Origin: a virus
Lineage: Duplodnaviria; Caudoviricetes
IMG/VR virus record: IMGVR_UViG_3300031800_000537
Span: 1 to 53,326 of that record
DNA: 53,326 bases
Direction: 5' to 3' (one strand)
A model generated the notes under the pieces. The model searched no databases and was not told the origin of the DNA. It saw only the letters and a list, made by a program, of their open reading frames with translations. Every line of letters starts with the position of its first letter. The first letter of the stretch is position 1. Both the position numbers and the translations under genes were made by a program. Positions 17,993 to 27,327 of the stretch are shown piece after piece.

Positions 17993-18236
17993 TCTTTTCC
18001 TTTATTAGGGTTAGCTCCAATTTGGAGCACATAATTTTATACTGCTCTATATATTCAGGTTTAACCTGATTTGCTGCGCATGTCAATTTGTGATGTAGCG
18101 CGGGTAGTTTTACCGCAGTTATGGTGTTCATGTCTATCTCCTTCATACCTCCAAGCGGAAACAAATAATTCACTACATATAAAACAATCCCTTTCTCTTC
18201 GTCTGTTAAGGTCTCTAGGACATGCCTATAAATCAT
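17982..18236 (-). CDS. hypothetical protein
   Basis: 84-aa ORF overlapping both neighbours. Confidence 0.6.
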   Translation of the reverse strand: MIYRHVLETLTDEEKGIVLYVVNYLFPLGGMKEIDMNTITAVKLPALHHKLTCAANQVKPEYIEQYKIMCSKLELTLIKEKNET

Positions 18237-18613
18237 TCCCAGCTTTCCACGATTGTCGTCGCTGTCGCGTACTCTCTAGTATGACTCACGCTTACGTACA
18301 CATCGCATTCTAATTTGCAGAACGTTTTCAGGGCGTGCTCGCTGAATTGAATATAGGGCTGGCCAGACTCTCTTCTCCTAAGTTCTATGTGCTTCCATTC
18401 CATCCTAGCTCCTATGCCGTGCCCGAAACATTTGGCGGTGGCCTCCTTAGCCGCAAACCTAGCGGCAACATACTGCGCTGGGTTTCGATGAGACAAACAG
18501 TATTCTTTTTCGTCTGTCGTTAATATTTTATTTAAAAATCTGTCACCCCACTTCTCCAAAAGTCGTTGGACTCTAGCTACATCAACTATATCTGTTCCTA
18601 TCCCTAATATCAT
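18233..18613 (-). CDS. acpS: holo-[ACP] synthase
   Basis: GIGTDIV, ARFAAKEATAK, SGQP, VSVSHT. Confidence 0.95.
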   Translation of the reverse strand: MILGIGTDIVDVARVQRLLEKWGDRFLNKILTTDEKEYCLSHRNPAQYVAARFAAKEATAKCFGHGIGARMEWKHIELRRRESGQPYIQFSEHALKTFCKLECDVYVSVSHTREYATATTIVESWE

Positions 18614-18888
18614 AATATTTCCACTATTAATTGGCCGCTCATTGTGATTTGAACGCTTTGATTATCGTTTAGTTCTTTAATTAGACGCTTGTCGCGCTCA
18701 TCTATTTTATGAGCTAGGGCACCAAAATAGGCCACTAAAGCTTGCCTTTTTTGCGTTCTCTCGCATTTACAGCAGCTTCTTGAAATATCTCTAAGGCTCA
18801 TAAGCGTATTTATAACATCACTGTCAGCGAATTTATCTCTATGCTTATCAACAAAATGAAAAAATTTTGACCCATCAATGACTACCAT
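18610..18888 (-). CDS. hypothetical protein
   Basis: 92-aa ORF with CCKC. Confidence 0.6.
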   Translation of the reverse strand: MVVIDGSKFFHFVDKHRDKFADSDVINTLMSLRDISRSCCKCERTQKRQALVAYFGALAHKIDERDKRLIKELNDNQSVQITMSGQLIVEIL

Positions 18889-18889
18889 T

Positions 18890-19231
18890 TTAATATAGTT
18901 TTTTTATTATAAAAAATAAAGACAGACTAATCAAATTAATTACCGGAAAATACAAAAATGAAAAGTCACCGCTTAGGGTGGCTACTGCGGACAGCCAAAC
19001 AGAAAGACAAAGAGGGCAAGTGATAAGGCTTATCCAGAAGGAGTCGCGGTATTTAACCCTCAAAAAATCCAAATAATCTACCTCGCCGTACAGGAGGTCG
19101 TTCTCGTAGGCTATAATATGAAAATGCAGAGAGAGGCCAAACGCCTTGGCGTAATGTGTAAACGCATCGGTTTCGAACCATATTATTAGGGCCAGCGCGA
19201 CCCAACAAGATAAGACAATAAGCTCCGCCAT
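18890..19231 (-). CDS. membrane protein, DUF1360-like
   Basis: TM helices and LITCPLCLSVW. Confidence 0.6.
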   Translation of the reverse strand: MAELIVLSCWVALALIIWFETDAFTHYAKAFGLSLHFHIIAYENDLLYGEVDYLDFLRVKYRDSFWISLITCPLCLSVWLSAVATLSGDFSFLYFPVINLISLSLFFIIKKLY

Positions 19232-19232
19232 A

Positions 19233-19664
19233 CTATGTTATTTCCCTGAGACTCAGGTTCTCTAAGGATTTTTCTACTACAATAGTCGCTATCTCATCGC
19301 CCTTATCGACGCGAAAAGAATTATGTGACCCAAACAGGGCTGAGCGAGCCTTCATTGATTCTTTTTTTAAATATAAAAAATCCGGAACAGTTACGTTGAT
19401 GAGGGTAATCTTCACTTCTCCGCCTGAACTCATGACCTTGGGTGCACAAACCACCCCGCACTCTAAGAGCAAGTGGCATGACGGGTAAACCTTGACGGTT
19501 AGCCCCGGTGAAGGGAACAGCATTATACCTGTACTCACCTCCGCTCTCTCAAACGGCTGAACAGTCTTGCCCTCATTAGCGAACAACTTAAACACCGGCT
19601 TGCTTGCGTCAAGCTGTTCCGGGTCACGGGTATGGGGGTCTAATTTGGTAAAATTTAAAACCAT
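19233..19664 (-). CDS. degenerate dUTPase-fold protein
   Basis: VQPFERAEVSTGI, GEVKITLIN, FRVDKGDEIA; catalytic motifs missing. Confidence 0.55.
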   Translation of the reverse strand: MVLNFTKLDPHTRDPEQLDASKPVFKLFANEGKTVQPFERAEVSTGIMLFPSPGLTVKVYPSCHLLLECGVVCAPKVMSSGGEVKITLINVTVPDFLYLKKESMKARSALFGSHNSFRVDKGDEIATIVVEKSLENLSLREIT

Positions 19665-19669
19665 AAAGC

Positions 19670-19746
19670 TGGCGGGAGCGACGGGACTCGAACCCGCGAC
19701 CTCTGGCGTGACAGGCCAGCGCTCTGGCCGATTGAGCTACGCCCCC
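19670..19746 (-). tRNA. tRNA-Asp(GUC)
   Basis: GGGGGCG...CTGGC-CT-GTC-AC-GCCAG...GGTTCGAGTCC...GCCA. Confidence 0.95.
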
Positions 19747-19772
19747 CTTCTCCTTCTTTAATCGCTAGTCTC

Positions 19773-20018
19773 TTACAGATCGCTGGCGGCTACCTTGTAG
19801 GTTCTCCTAGGTCTTCCGACTCCGTAGGTAGATTTGCCAACTTCAGTAAGCTCGCCGCGATCAACGGCGGAACGCACCTTCATCCGGATGGAGGCGTCTG
19901 TCAGGGTCTTTCCAGACGCTTCTGAAACGTCCTTAACTGTAAACACGGTAGCATTTGTTGGCCACGTGACGTGAACAGAGGGTCTTCCTCTTTTTGGTTT
20001 TTGTGTATTTTCATTCAT
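19773..20018 (-). CDS. small DNA-binding protein (wHTH-like, AT-hook-like GRP motifs)
   Basis: KRGRPS and GVGRPR flanking FTVKDV...IRMKV. Confidence 0.55.
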   Translation of the reverse strand: MNENTQKPKRGRPSVHVTWPTNATVFTVKDVSEASGKTLTDASIRMKVRSAVDRGELTEVGKSTYGVGRPRRTYKVAASDL

Positions 20019-20026
20019 ATCTCATT

Positions 20027-20091
20027 ATGATAGACTAACCGCTGAGCCTTTGCAAGTTTTATTTGATAAAAAAATGAAAGGAGGATATGAT
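20027..20091. promoter_or_regulatory. back-to-back sigma70-like promoters at the strand switch
   Basis: Minus: TTGCAA(20055-20050)-N17-TATCAT. Plus: TTGATA(20063)-N17-TATGAT. Confidence 0.6.
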
Positions 20092-20100
20092 AGGGTAAAG

Positions 20101-20742
20101 ATGAGTGGCAAAATTGTAAAAGGAAATCACGACGCAGTTGTAAAAGGAAATCAGGCCGCAGTTCAACGACGGCAACGAGGAGCACAGAAAGCGGAATTTG
20201 ATTACGAAAAATACAAAAACGACCCAAGGATTCTGGATAGGTTCGCCGCTTGGTATGTGCGCTCAGCAAGAGAGGGATCTCTTCCAATTAAAATGTTTTT
20301 CGACAACGTAGCCTTCTTTAACAAGGGGGGAGTGGGGGATGAGGGAACCGAATTCCTTGAAACGGCTGCGATAACGCTATACCGCCAAGAACAATTGCAG
20401 GTCCAGCTAATCCTTTCCCCCGCTAATTCTGTGGTTCCCAAGCATAACCACCCAAATGTAGATAGCTACGAAACCTTTATTGGCGGCCCCGTCCACCTCG
20501 AAACAGACCAACTGGGTGATGGCACGATGGTGCTCGCTACACCAAAGGAGAGTATTTTTGCACTAGAGGACGGAACCTGTAGCGTCTTTCTTCGTAGCGT
20601 AAAAGTTCCATCTTCAATGACACACGGAGGCCCCGTTGGCGACAGCCCCGCCGCGTTCCTTACCATCCAACACTGGAAGAATGGCGTAAAACCAACATTC
20701 GTTCATTTAGACTGGGCTGAAGATGGAGCCGAAACCGTATGA
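20101..20742 (+). CDS. cupin-fold protein
   Basis: PKHNHPNVDSYE...THGG metal motif; start moved to ATG 20101. Confidence 0.65.
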   Translation: MSGKIVKGNHDAVVKGNQAAVQRRQRGAQKAEFDYEKYKNDPRILDRFAAWYVRSAREGSLPIKMFFDNVAFFNKGGVGDEGTEFLETAAITLYRQEQLQVQLILSPANSVVPKHNHPNVDSYETFIGGPVHLETDQLGDGTMVLATPKESIFALEDGTCSVFLRSVKVPSSMTHGGPVGDSPAAFLTIQHWKNGVKPTFVHLDWAEDGAETV

Positions 20743-21173
20743 CTATCTTAGACGCCACCACTCATTTATTCGAATGGTTTAAAACCCACGACTCCTTCGA
20801 GGAAAAAAACGTCAAGGATGTTATTCTTATATCCGATACTCCAGAAAGAGACAAGGCGGCCTTTTTGTGCTGCTTGGACGAGCTTGTGTTAAATGAGGTT
20901 CTTGGAGTAACAGAGATAAAAGAAAGAAAAATTTGGGTACTTAAAAAGAATCTGCAAGCCTACGATCAATCTGTTGATGTTCCTTACCCTTTGGCTCTAG
21001 AAGTAGCAGGCTGCATCCACAGAATGTGCGATGTTTTGGGTGACTACAGCGATGAGGCTGACCCCAAGGCTCTTAGCACTAAAGACATAATGAACCTAAC
21101 ATTCATATGCAAAACCCTGCAAGGGCCGCCTCCTGATTCGCTGGAAGAACCACCCCCAGAAGTTTCTCTTTGA
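20739..21173 (+). CDS. hypothetical protein
   Basis: 144-aa ORF, ATGA overlap. Confidence 0.65.
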   Translation: MTILDATTHLFEWFKTHDSFEEKNVKDVILISDTPERDKAAFLCCLDELVLNEVLGVTEIKERKIWVLKKNLQAYDQSVDVPYPLALEVAGCIHRMCDVLGDYSDEADPKALSTKDIMNLTFICKTLQGPPPDSLEEPPPEVSL

Positions 21174-21207
21174 CTTTTTGATAGAAGGACATTACTATCT
21201 ATCAAAA
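21170..21207 (+). promoter_or_regulatory. sigma70-like promoter overlapped by an inverted repeat
   Basis: TTGACT-N17-TACTAT; TTTTGATAGA(21176-85) and TCTATCAAAA(21198-207). Confidence 0.65.
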
Positions 21208-21590
21208 GGTGCGAATCCTTTTCAGCCCGCCGAGAGCAAACGGTAGGGTTTCCCCAGATGAGGCCTTAGGGGCCAGAGCTTGGCAAAGCTTATATTCAAG
21301 GGAATGCCTAGGAAGTTATACATCCTATAAAAAACTAGCGGGTAGTTCCCGCTGCAATGCCCCGGCGTGTTGTGGTTAATCACTGTAATGAGTTTTCAAG
21401 CACAGTTTCTCATCCTGTTACAAGGAAGGTGGTTCCAGTTTTATTACTGGTTGTGTACGGTCTTCTGAATGTCCCATCAGACTTTTAAATCACTGGGTCC
21501 AGAGAAAGAAGAAGCATGCTACATGGAATCCCCTACAGGGGGTTTCATGTCTCATCCGAAAAAGAAGTATCATGCTAATGGATACAATAA
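21204..21590 (+). ncRNA. candidate large structured non-coding RNA
   Basis: Longest gap in the window, own promoter, about ten consecutive hairpins; no family recognised. Confidence 0.5.
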
Positions 21591-21644
21591 GACTTGACTG
21601 GGTTAACTTTAGATTGTAATTTTTTTTAATATATATAAGCCAGA

Positions 21645-22253
21645 ATGAAAACATTGTTTATTGGAATAAGTGGAGTAGCCGCATCAGGTAAGGATTTATT
21701 TTTCAACCTCCTAAAGAACGAGTTGGGCAAAAGAGGAATCCCTGCTCATAAATACTCACTAGCACACTCCCTTAAGGAGGAAGTCAATGGGTACCTCAAG
21801 AAACACCATCGAGTAGATATATTTAACTGTACTAGAAGAGAAAAAGATTCTGTTAGACCATTTTTAGTATTTCACGGAAGCATGAAGAGGGCCGCGTCTG
21901 AGGGCAGACATTGGATAGAAATTTTAGACAAAAAGATAAAAGAACAAAACTTAGCGGGAGTTATTTGTGTTACAGATATAAGATACAACGAATTCGAAGG
22001 GGACGAAGTAGACTGGATAAAGGGGGAGCTTGGGGGCTCACTTGTTCACATAAAACGGGAAGGGATAGAGCCAGCAAACGAGGAAGAAACACGGCAAGAC
22101 CCGTCTTTAATAAATAAAAGTAATTATAAAATCGAATGGCCCACGTTACAGGGGTGTCAAAAAGACATAGAAAGCCAGCTAACAAAGGAATATATAATAA
22201 AATTCTCTGATTGGCTGCTAAATGAAAATCCCAGACGACTTCCTAGCGAATGA
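21645..22253 (+). CDS. deoxynucleoside monophosphate kinase-like P-loop kinase
   Basis: ISGVAASGKD, SLKEEV, VTDIRY. Confidence 0.75.
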   Translation: MKTLFIGISGVAASGKDLFFNLLKNELGKRGIPAHKYSLAHSLKEEVNGYLKKHHRVDIFNCTRREKDSVRPFLVFHGSMKRAASEGRHWIEILDKKIKEQNLAGVICVTDIRYNEFEGDEVDWIKGELGGSLVHIKREGIEPANEEETRQDPSLINKSNYKIEWPTLQGCQKDIESQLTKEYIIKFSDWLLNENPRRLPSE

Positions 22254-22797
22254 AGTAAAAGAAAAAGACTGCGAAAATAGCTTGGTCGAACTCATAGGTA
22301 GACATTCTAATCTGTGCTACAAAGTATGCCAAAAATATATGCCAGTGATGAATGCATCCGGAATTTTTGTAGATGACGTGCTTGGCGACAAAGACTACAT
22401 AATTTATCATTCCGCCAAGACTTTCGATCCCACTCGGAAAACTAAATTTTCAACTTGGCTAGGCAATCAGGTTAGATATCATTGCCTTAATAAAATTAAT
22501 AAAAATAAAAAATACGTAACAACAGAAGACCAAGAACTAAGTTTTCTTATAGATAAAGACGAGCAAAAGGATAATACAGACGAACTCAAAGACTACATCT
22601 CGAATTTGCTAAAAAGAATAAAAGACAAACGTATTAAACAAATTTTTGAATTAAGGTATTTTAGTGACGAAGAAAAAATGACTTGGACCGCCGTCGCGAA
22701 AAAGGTTAAGGTAAGCTCACAAACAGCGATAAATCTGCACAACAGGGGGTTATCCATTTTAAAGAAGAGAATTAAGAAAGAAGCTGCTGTTCGTTAA
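22222..22797 (+). CDS. sigma-70 family RNA polymerase sigma factor
   Basis: FDPTRKTKFSTW (region 2) and LRYF...MTWTAVAK (region 4 HTH). Confidence 0.85.
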   Translation: MKIPDDFLANEVKEKDCENSLVELIGRHSNLCYKVCQKYMPVMNASGIFVDDVLGDKDYIIYHSAKTFDPTRKTKFSTWLGNQVRYHCLNKINKNKKYVTTEDQELSFLIDKDEQKDNTDELKDYISNLLKRIKDKRIKQIFELRYFSDEEKMTWTAVAKKVKVSSQTAINLHNRGLSILKKRIKKEAAVR

Positions 22798-22799
22798 TG

Positions 22800-22811
22800 T
22801 ATATCGTCCAC
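22800..22811. repeat. TATATCGTCCAC motif copy
   Basis: Exact 12-mer, intergenic. Confidence 0.75.
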
Positions 22812-22836
22812 CAAGTAATTTTTTTAGAAAATAATG

Positions 22837-22865
22837 TTGACATAGATAAATAATGAGACTACTAT
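22837..22865 (+). promoter_or_regulatory. sigma70-like promoter
   Basis: TTGACA-N17-TACTAT, 8 nt before ATG 22874. Confidence 0.75.
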
Positions 22866-22873
22866 AGAAAAGT

Positions 22874-23167
22874 ATGAGTACTGAAAATAATAATCAAACC
22901 AACGACAGCGAATGGAGAAAGCGCGAAATGGGCGCTCTCTGGAAAAAGGTGGGAAGAAACCAAACCTTCCTCTCCGGTCAGATCAAGCTCAAAGCCAGCG
23001 ATGGTAGTGAGGAATTAGTTCGGATCATTGTTTTTAACAACAAAAACAAGAAGTCCGATAACGCCCCCGACTTTGTAATCTACAAGTCCGAGGACAGACG
23101 AGAACAATCCTCCGAGGATTCCGACGCTACGGAGAAGGAAACAGTAGAGGCTGACGGACTATTGTAG
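22874..23167 (+). CDS. DUF736-like protein with acidic tail
   Basis: GALWKK...FLSGQI...KSDNAPDF. Confidence 0.55.
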   Translation: MSTENNNQTNDSEWRKREMGALWKKVGRNQTFLSGQIKLKASDGSEELVRIIVFNNKNKKSDNAPDFVIYKSEDRREQSSEDSDATEKETVEADGLL

Positions 23168-24244
23168 ATGAGCTTTGCTGTAAATGCACCAATTAACTCC
23201 GTTTCTTTTGGTCAAACGTCAACAGCGTTGCTGAGGGAGATGAAGAATAGATCGCTTGACCCTTCGATATTTCCTATCGGGGGGCAAGTAGATCTTTCTA
23301 CCCAAGAACCTAATCAAGAATTCGACCAGTGGGTGCAAAAGAATTGCCAGAAAGCTCCTGCTTCTCACAATAGGGACGTCCCCGTATTTAAACTATGGCA
23401 TCTCAATGGCTCACTCGAATCATTCAGCAACAAACAAGTCCTTCTTTCTTTTTATGAGCTAGACGAACCCACCGCAGCTGAAACAAACGTAGCAAGAAAC
23501 CATACTGTGCTATTCTCCTCCGAATATACCTGCGAAGCCTTCAGAAACAGGGGGGCGGAAACTCATTACGTCCCTTTGTTCTTTGATAAACATAATTTTA
23601 AAAATACTAATAAAAAATACTTCGACGACGAAAGGATAACCTTTAATATAGTAGGAAAAGTTGAAAAAAGAAAACGTCATGAAAAAACAATCCGCGCATG
23701 GGTTAAGAGATTCGGAAACGACAAGAAGTATTTCCTTCAATGCGCTGTCTACAACCCGTTCTTCAAAGATGAAGACAACAACGCAATCATTAGCAATATA
23801 TGCGAAGGCGAAAAATATTTTAACGTGAGCTTTCTTGGTTTCATGGGTAAAAATGCTATCTACAATGACTTTTTAAACTCTGCTGACATTGTTCTCGGCA
23901 TGTCAGGCGGAGAAGGGTGGGGCCTTCCGGAGTTTCATTCGGTGGGGCTCGGAAAACATGCTGTAATCATGAACGCTCACTCCTACAAAGGGTGGGCTAA
24001 TGAAAACAACAGCACCCTAGTTAATCCCGGCCCAAAAATGGAAGCATACGACGGAGTGTTCTTCCATAAAGGTCAACCATTTAACCAAGGAAACATCTTC
24101 GATTACGACGAAGACGAGTTTATCGCCGCCTGCGAAGAGGCAATCAAAAAAGTTGAAAACAATAGAGTCAACGAAGAAGGGCTCAAGATACAAGAAGAGT
24201 TCACCGTTGGTAAGACCTTAGATAGAGTACTGGAGTTTGTCTAA
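23168..24244 (+). CDS. GT-B glycosyltransferase (GT4-like)
   Basis: GKVEKRK, SGGEGWGLPEF. Confidence 0.8.
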   Translation: MSFAVNAPINSVSFGQTSTALLREMKNRSLDPSIFPIGGQVDLSTQEPNQEFDQWVQKNCQKAPASHNRDVPVFKLWHLNGSLESFSNKQVLLSFYELDEPTAAETNVARNHTVLFSSEYTCEAFRNRGAETHYVPLFFDKHNFKNTNKKYFDDERITFNIVGKVEKRKRHEKTIRAWVKRFGNDKKYFLQCAVYNPFFKDEDNNAIISNICEGEKYFNVSFLGFMGKNAIYNDFLNSADIVLGMSGGEGWGLPEFHSVGLGKHAVIMNAHSYKGWANENNSTLVNPGPKMEAYDGVFFHKGQPFNQGNIFDYDEDEFIAACEEAIKKVENNRVNEEGLKIQEEFTVGKTLDRVLEFV

Positions 24245-24598
24245 ATGCCTATTTATGTGTTTCAGCACCCCGAAACCGAAGAGGTTACCGAGGAGGTTCA
24301 AAGAATGAAAGACCCCCACGTCTACATCGACGAGGAAGGGGTAAAGTGGCAAAGGATATGGGCCATACCTAACGCTTCCTCAGACGTGAACATAGACGCC
24401 TTCGATCCGAATGTTTTCAATGATAAACATAGGCATAACGACAAAGCATCTTACGGAGACATACAGGATCACGCCAAAGAATTAAGCCAAATAAGGAAAG
24501 AGAAATCAGGACTCGGGCACGATCCAGTACAAAGGAAGTACTTCGACGACTGGAGTACGGGAAGAAAAGGAAAGAAGCACCCTGCGGACAAGCGCTAG
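24245..24598 (+). CDS. hypothetical protein, FmdB-like N-terminus without Cys
   Basis: MPIYVF...WQRIW. Confidence 0.55.
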   Translation: MPIYVFQHPETEEVTEEVQRMKDPHVYIDEEGVKWQRIWAIPNASSDVNIDAFDPNVFNDKHRHNDKASYGDIQDHAKELSQIRKEKSGLGHDPVQRKYFDDWSTGRKGKKHPADKR

Positions 24599-24700
24599 GC
24601 ATACACCTTCTATTTTCCTTTGTTTCCTAATATCTTTCTTCACTTTTTCCTTTCATTTTTGTTAGAACCGATGTAATATCTTATTGTCAGCAATGCAAGA

Positions 24701-27154
24701 ATGAACTCCCTAAAGGTCACTCAGGTAAAGAAAAGAAACGGAAGACTTCAGAAGCTCAACATCAACAAAATTAACCTTTGCGCTCAAAGAGCATGCGAAG
24801 GGTTAGATGATGTATCAGCTAGTGAAGTAGTTATCGACGCTAACGTTCAGCTTTTCGAAAAGACACCCACTAAGGACATCGACAGGGCTCTCATCATGTC
24901 CGCGAGAGCCAAGATCGAAAAAGACCCCAATTATTCCTACGTAGCCGCCAGATTATTGCTGGGTAACATCCATAAGGAGGTTTTCGGCAGCAGCGTAGAC
25001 AAAGACGCGTTTGACCACCAATACAGACTCTCGTTCATCAGGAATATTAAACTCCTAGTTAAAGAGGAGGTTTTAGACGAGAAGCTCCTCGACTTTGACC
25101 TGAAGAGATTATCTTCGGTTCTAGTCCTAGAAAGAGACTACAAATTTAAGTACCTTGGGTTACAGATATTATATGACCGCTATTTTCACTCTCTAGAGCA
25201 GAGAAGGCTCGAATCTCCACAATCTTTCTGGATGAGAGTAGCTATGGGCCTAGCAATTAATGAAGATGACAAAGAAGAAAAAGCAATTGAGTTCTATCAC
25301 TGCATATCTAACTTCAGATTATGCTGCTCAACTCCCACGCTATTTAACAGTGGTAGCACTCATTCTCAGCTTTCTTCTTGCTATCTTAACACTTTCGATG
25401 ACTCTATTGATGGGATCTTCGAAGGACTCTGGCAAGAAGCAAGGAAATCCAAGTTCGCTGGCGGACTAGGGTTCGATGTTACCCCGTTTAGAGCTTCTGG
25501 CTCTTACGTTAAGGGAACCAATGGCTTATCAAGCGGATTAATCCCTTGGCTAAAGCTTTACAACGACACTCTCATTGCCGTTGATCAGGGAGGAAAGAGG
25601 CCCGGTGCTGGCTGCGCTTACCTTGAGCCTTGGCACCTAGACATCGAAGACTTCCTAGATCTAAAGAAAAATACTGGCGAAGAAAGAAGGCGATGCCACG
25701 ACATGAACACAGCTAACTGGCTCCCTGACCTTTTCATCAGAAGGGTGAAGAAGGACGGAGATTGGTACCTGTTCAGCCCAAGCGACGCGAGAGACCTGCA
25801 CGACCTGTACGGAGAGAAATTTGACAAAAGATACAACCACTACTGCAGGGAAGCGGACAAAGGAGAAATAACCAACTTCAAAAAATTGCGAGCCAAAGAC
25901 CTCTGGAAAAAGATGCTTCGCTCCCTATATGAAACCGGTCACCCTTGGATGACCTTTAAAGACAGCTCTAACTTTCGTTATTCTAATAGCCATGAAGGTA
26001 TTGTGCATAGCTCCAACCTCTGCACTGAAATTTTCCTACATACTAAGCCCTCTCAATACGAAAATGGGGAAAAATCCGTAGTGGGGGAGACTGCCGTTTG
26101 CAATTTGAGTTCAGTGAACCTCAAAGAACACCTAATGGAAAACGGTAAACTAGACTTTGAACTATTAGCTAACACCATTTCTATACAAATGAGGATGTTA
26201 GATAATGTAATTGATTTAAATTTTTATCCGACCAAAGAAGCAAAGAAATCAAACCTAAAGCACAGACCTGTGGGTGCTGGCAGCATGGGGTGGGCAGACG
26301 TTTTTCACTCTTACGGGATTAACTATTCCTCAGAGGAAGCAGTTAGACTTTCCGACGAATTGTACGACTATATGTCCTTCCATTGCCTGCTTAATTCCAG
26401 CGTCCTTTCAGCAGAGAAGGGAAAGTACGAAACCTACGAAGGATCGAAGTGGTCCAAGGATAAACTTCCCATAGATACATACGAAGAATTAATGGATTAC
26501 ATCGGTGAAGACCCGATCACCTTCAACGAAAAGACCTACGTTCCCGAGTCAAACTGGGAGTACCTTCGCAAGCATATTAAAGACCATGGAATGCGTAACA
26601 GTAACACAATGGCGATTGCTCCCACCGCCACAATCTCCTACATTCAGGGGTGTAGCCCCGGCACAGAGCCAGATTTTTCCATCCTGTTTGTCTATGAAAG
26701 CAAAAGCGGAAACCTTCTTATTATAAATGAATGGTTTGTAAGGGAGTGCAAGAAGCTCGGCATATGGGACCAGAACTTCATGGAAAGTATCAAAGCGGTT
26801 GATGGGGACGTCTCTAGACTCAACGGCGAGCTCCCCGAAGAACTGAAGAGCCAGTATCGCACCGCCTTCGACCACGATCAGTTCAAATTAATCGATTCTG
26901 CTGCTGCAAGACAAAAGTGGATTGACATGGGTCAGTCTTTAAATTTATTTAACAATAAAACTTCATTAAAGTACTTGAATGATTTATACATTCATGCTAG
27001 AAATAGAGGTCTGAAGAGTACGTATTACTTAAGAAACAAAAGCGCAAGCCAAATCGAAAAGTCCACGGTTGCTGCTGTAAGGGTCGAGATCGCCGACGAG
27101 GAGTCCGTCGCCTGCAGCATAGACAAAGGGCCAGATTGTGAAAGTTGTCAATGA
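24701..27154 (+). CDS. nrdA: ribonucleotide reductase class I alpha subunit with ATP cone
   Basis: VKKRNG cone, TPTLFN, SSCY, SNLCTEI, VCNL, APTAT, STYY, C-terminal CESC. Confidence 0.97.
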   Translation: MNSLKVTQVKKRNGRLQKLNINKINLCAQRACEGLDDVSASEVVIDANVQLFEKTPTKDIDRALIMSARAKIEKDPNYSYVAARLLLGNIHKEVFGSSVDKDAFDHQYRLSFIRNIKLLVKEEVLDEKLLDFDLKRLSSVLVLERDYKFKYLGLQILYDRYFHSLEQRRLESPQSFWMRVAMGLAINEDDKEEKAIEFYHCISNFRLCCSTPTLFNSGSTHSQLSSCYLNTFDDSIDGIFEGLWQEARKSKFAGGLGFDVTPFRASGSYVKGTNGLSSGLIPWLKLYNDTLIAVDQGGKRPGAGCAYLEPWHLDIEDFLDLKKNTGEERRRCHDMNTANWLPDLFIRRVKKDGDWYLFSPSDARDLHDLYGEKFDKRYNHYCREADKGEITNFKKLRAKDLWKKMLRSLYETGHPWMTFKDSSNFRYSNSHEGIVHSSNLCTEIFLHTKPSQYENGEKSVVGETAVCNLSSVNLKEHLMENGKLDFELLANTISIQMRMLDNVIDLNFYPTKEAKKSNLKHRPVGAGSMGWADVFHSYGINYSSEEAVRLSDELYDYMSFHCLLNSSVLSAEKGKYETYEGSKWSKDKLPIDTYEELMDYIGEDPITFNEKTYVPESNWEYLRKHIKDHGMRNSNTMAIAPTATISYIQGCSPGTEPDFSILFVYESKSGNLLIINEWFVRECKKLGIWDQNFMESIKAVDGDVSRLNGELPEELKSQYRTAFDHDQFKLIDSAAARQKWIDMGQSLNLFNNKTSLKYLNDLYIHARNRGLKSTYYLRNKSASQIEKSTVAAVRVEIADEESVACSIDKGPDCESCQ

Positions 27155-27327
27155 AAACTATAAAAGAACAAATCTTATCAGCTATGTACAAGAGCGTAGA
27201 TAGACAAAACCGTCATATCGCCAACGCCAACCATCAGAGCGCAGAATCAGAGAAGTGGCTGCAGGTAAATTTAAGACACAATTTTAATGAGATAAGCAAA
27301 AAGGAAAACGATGGCAGGCAGCAGTAA
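27151..27327 (+). CDS. small hypothetical protein between nrdA and nrdB
   Basis: 58 aa, overlaps both genes. Confidence 0.45.
   Translation: MKTIKEQILSAMYKSVDRQNRHIANANHQSAESEKWLQVNLRHNFNEISKKENDGRQQ

Noticed and set aside
6554-18613. Cellular chromosome, suggested by rpsU, lepB and acpS
   Set aside because: These genes are isolated among orphan ORFs without their usual operon neighbours; a large phage fits better, though this is unproven without structural genes.
21204-21590. tmRNA, RNase P or self-splicing intron identity
   Set aside because: No tRNA-like GGGG...TTCGA...CCA ends, no GAGGAAAGTCC motif, and it does not interrupt a gene; kept as an unassigned candidate.
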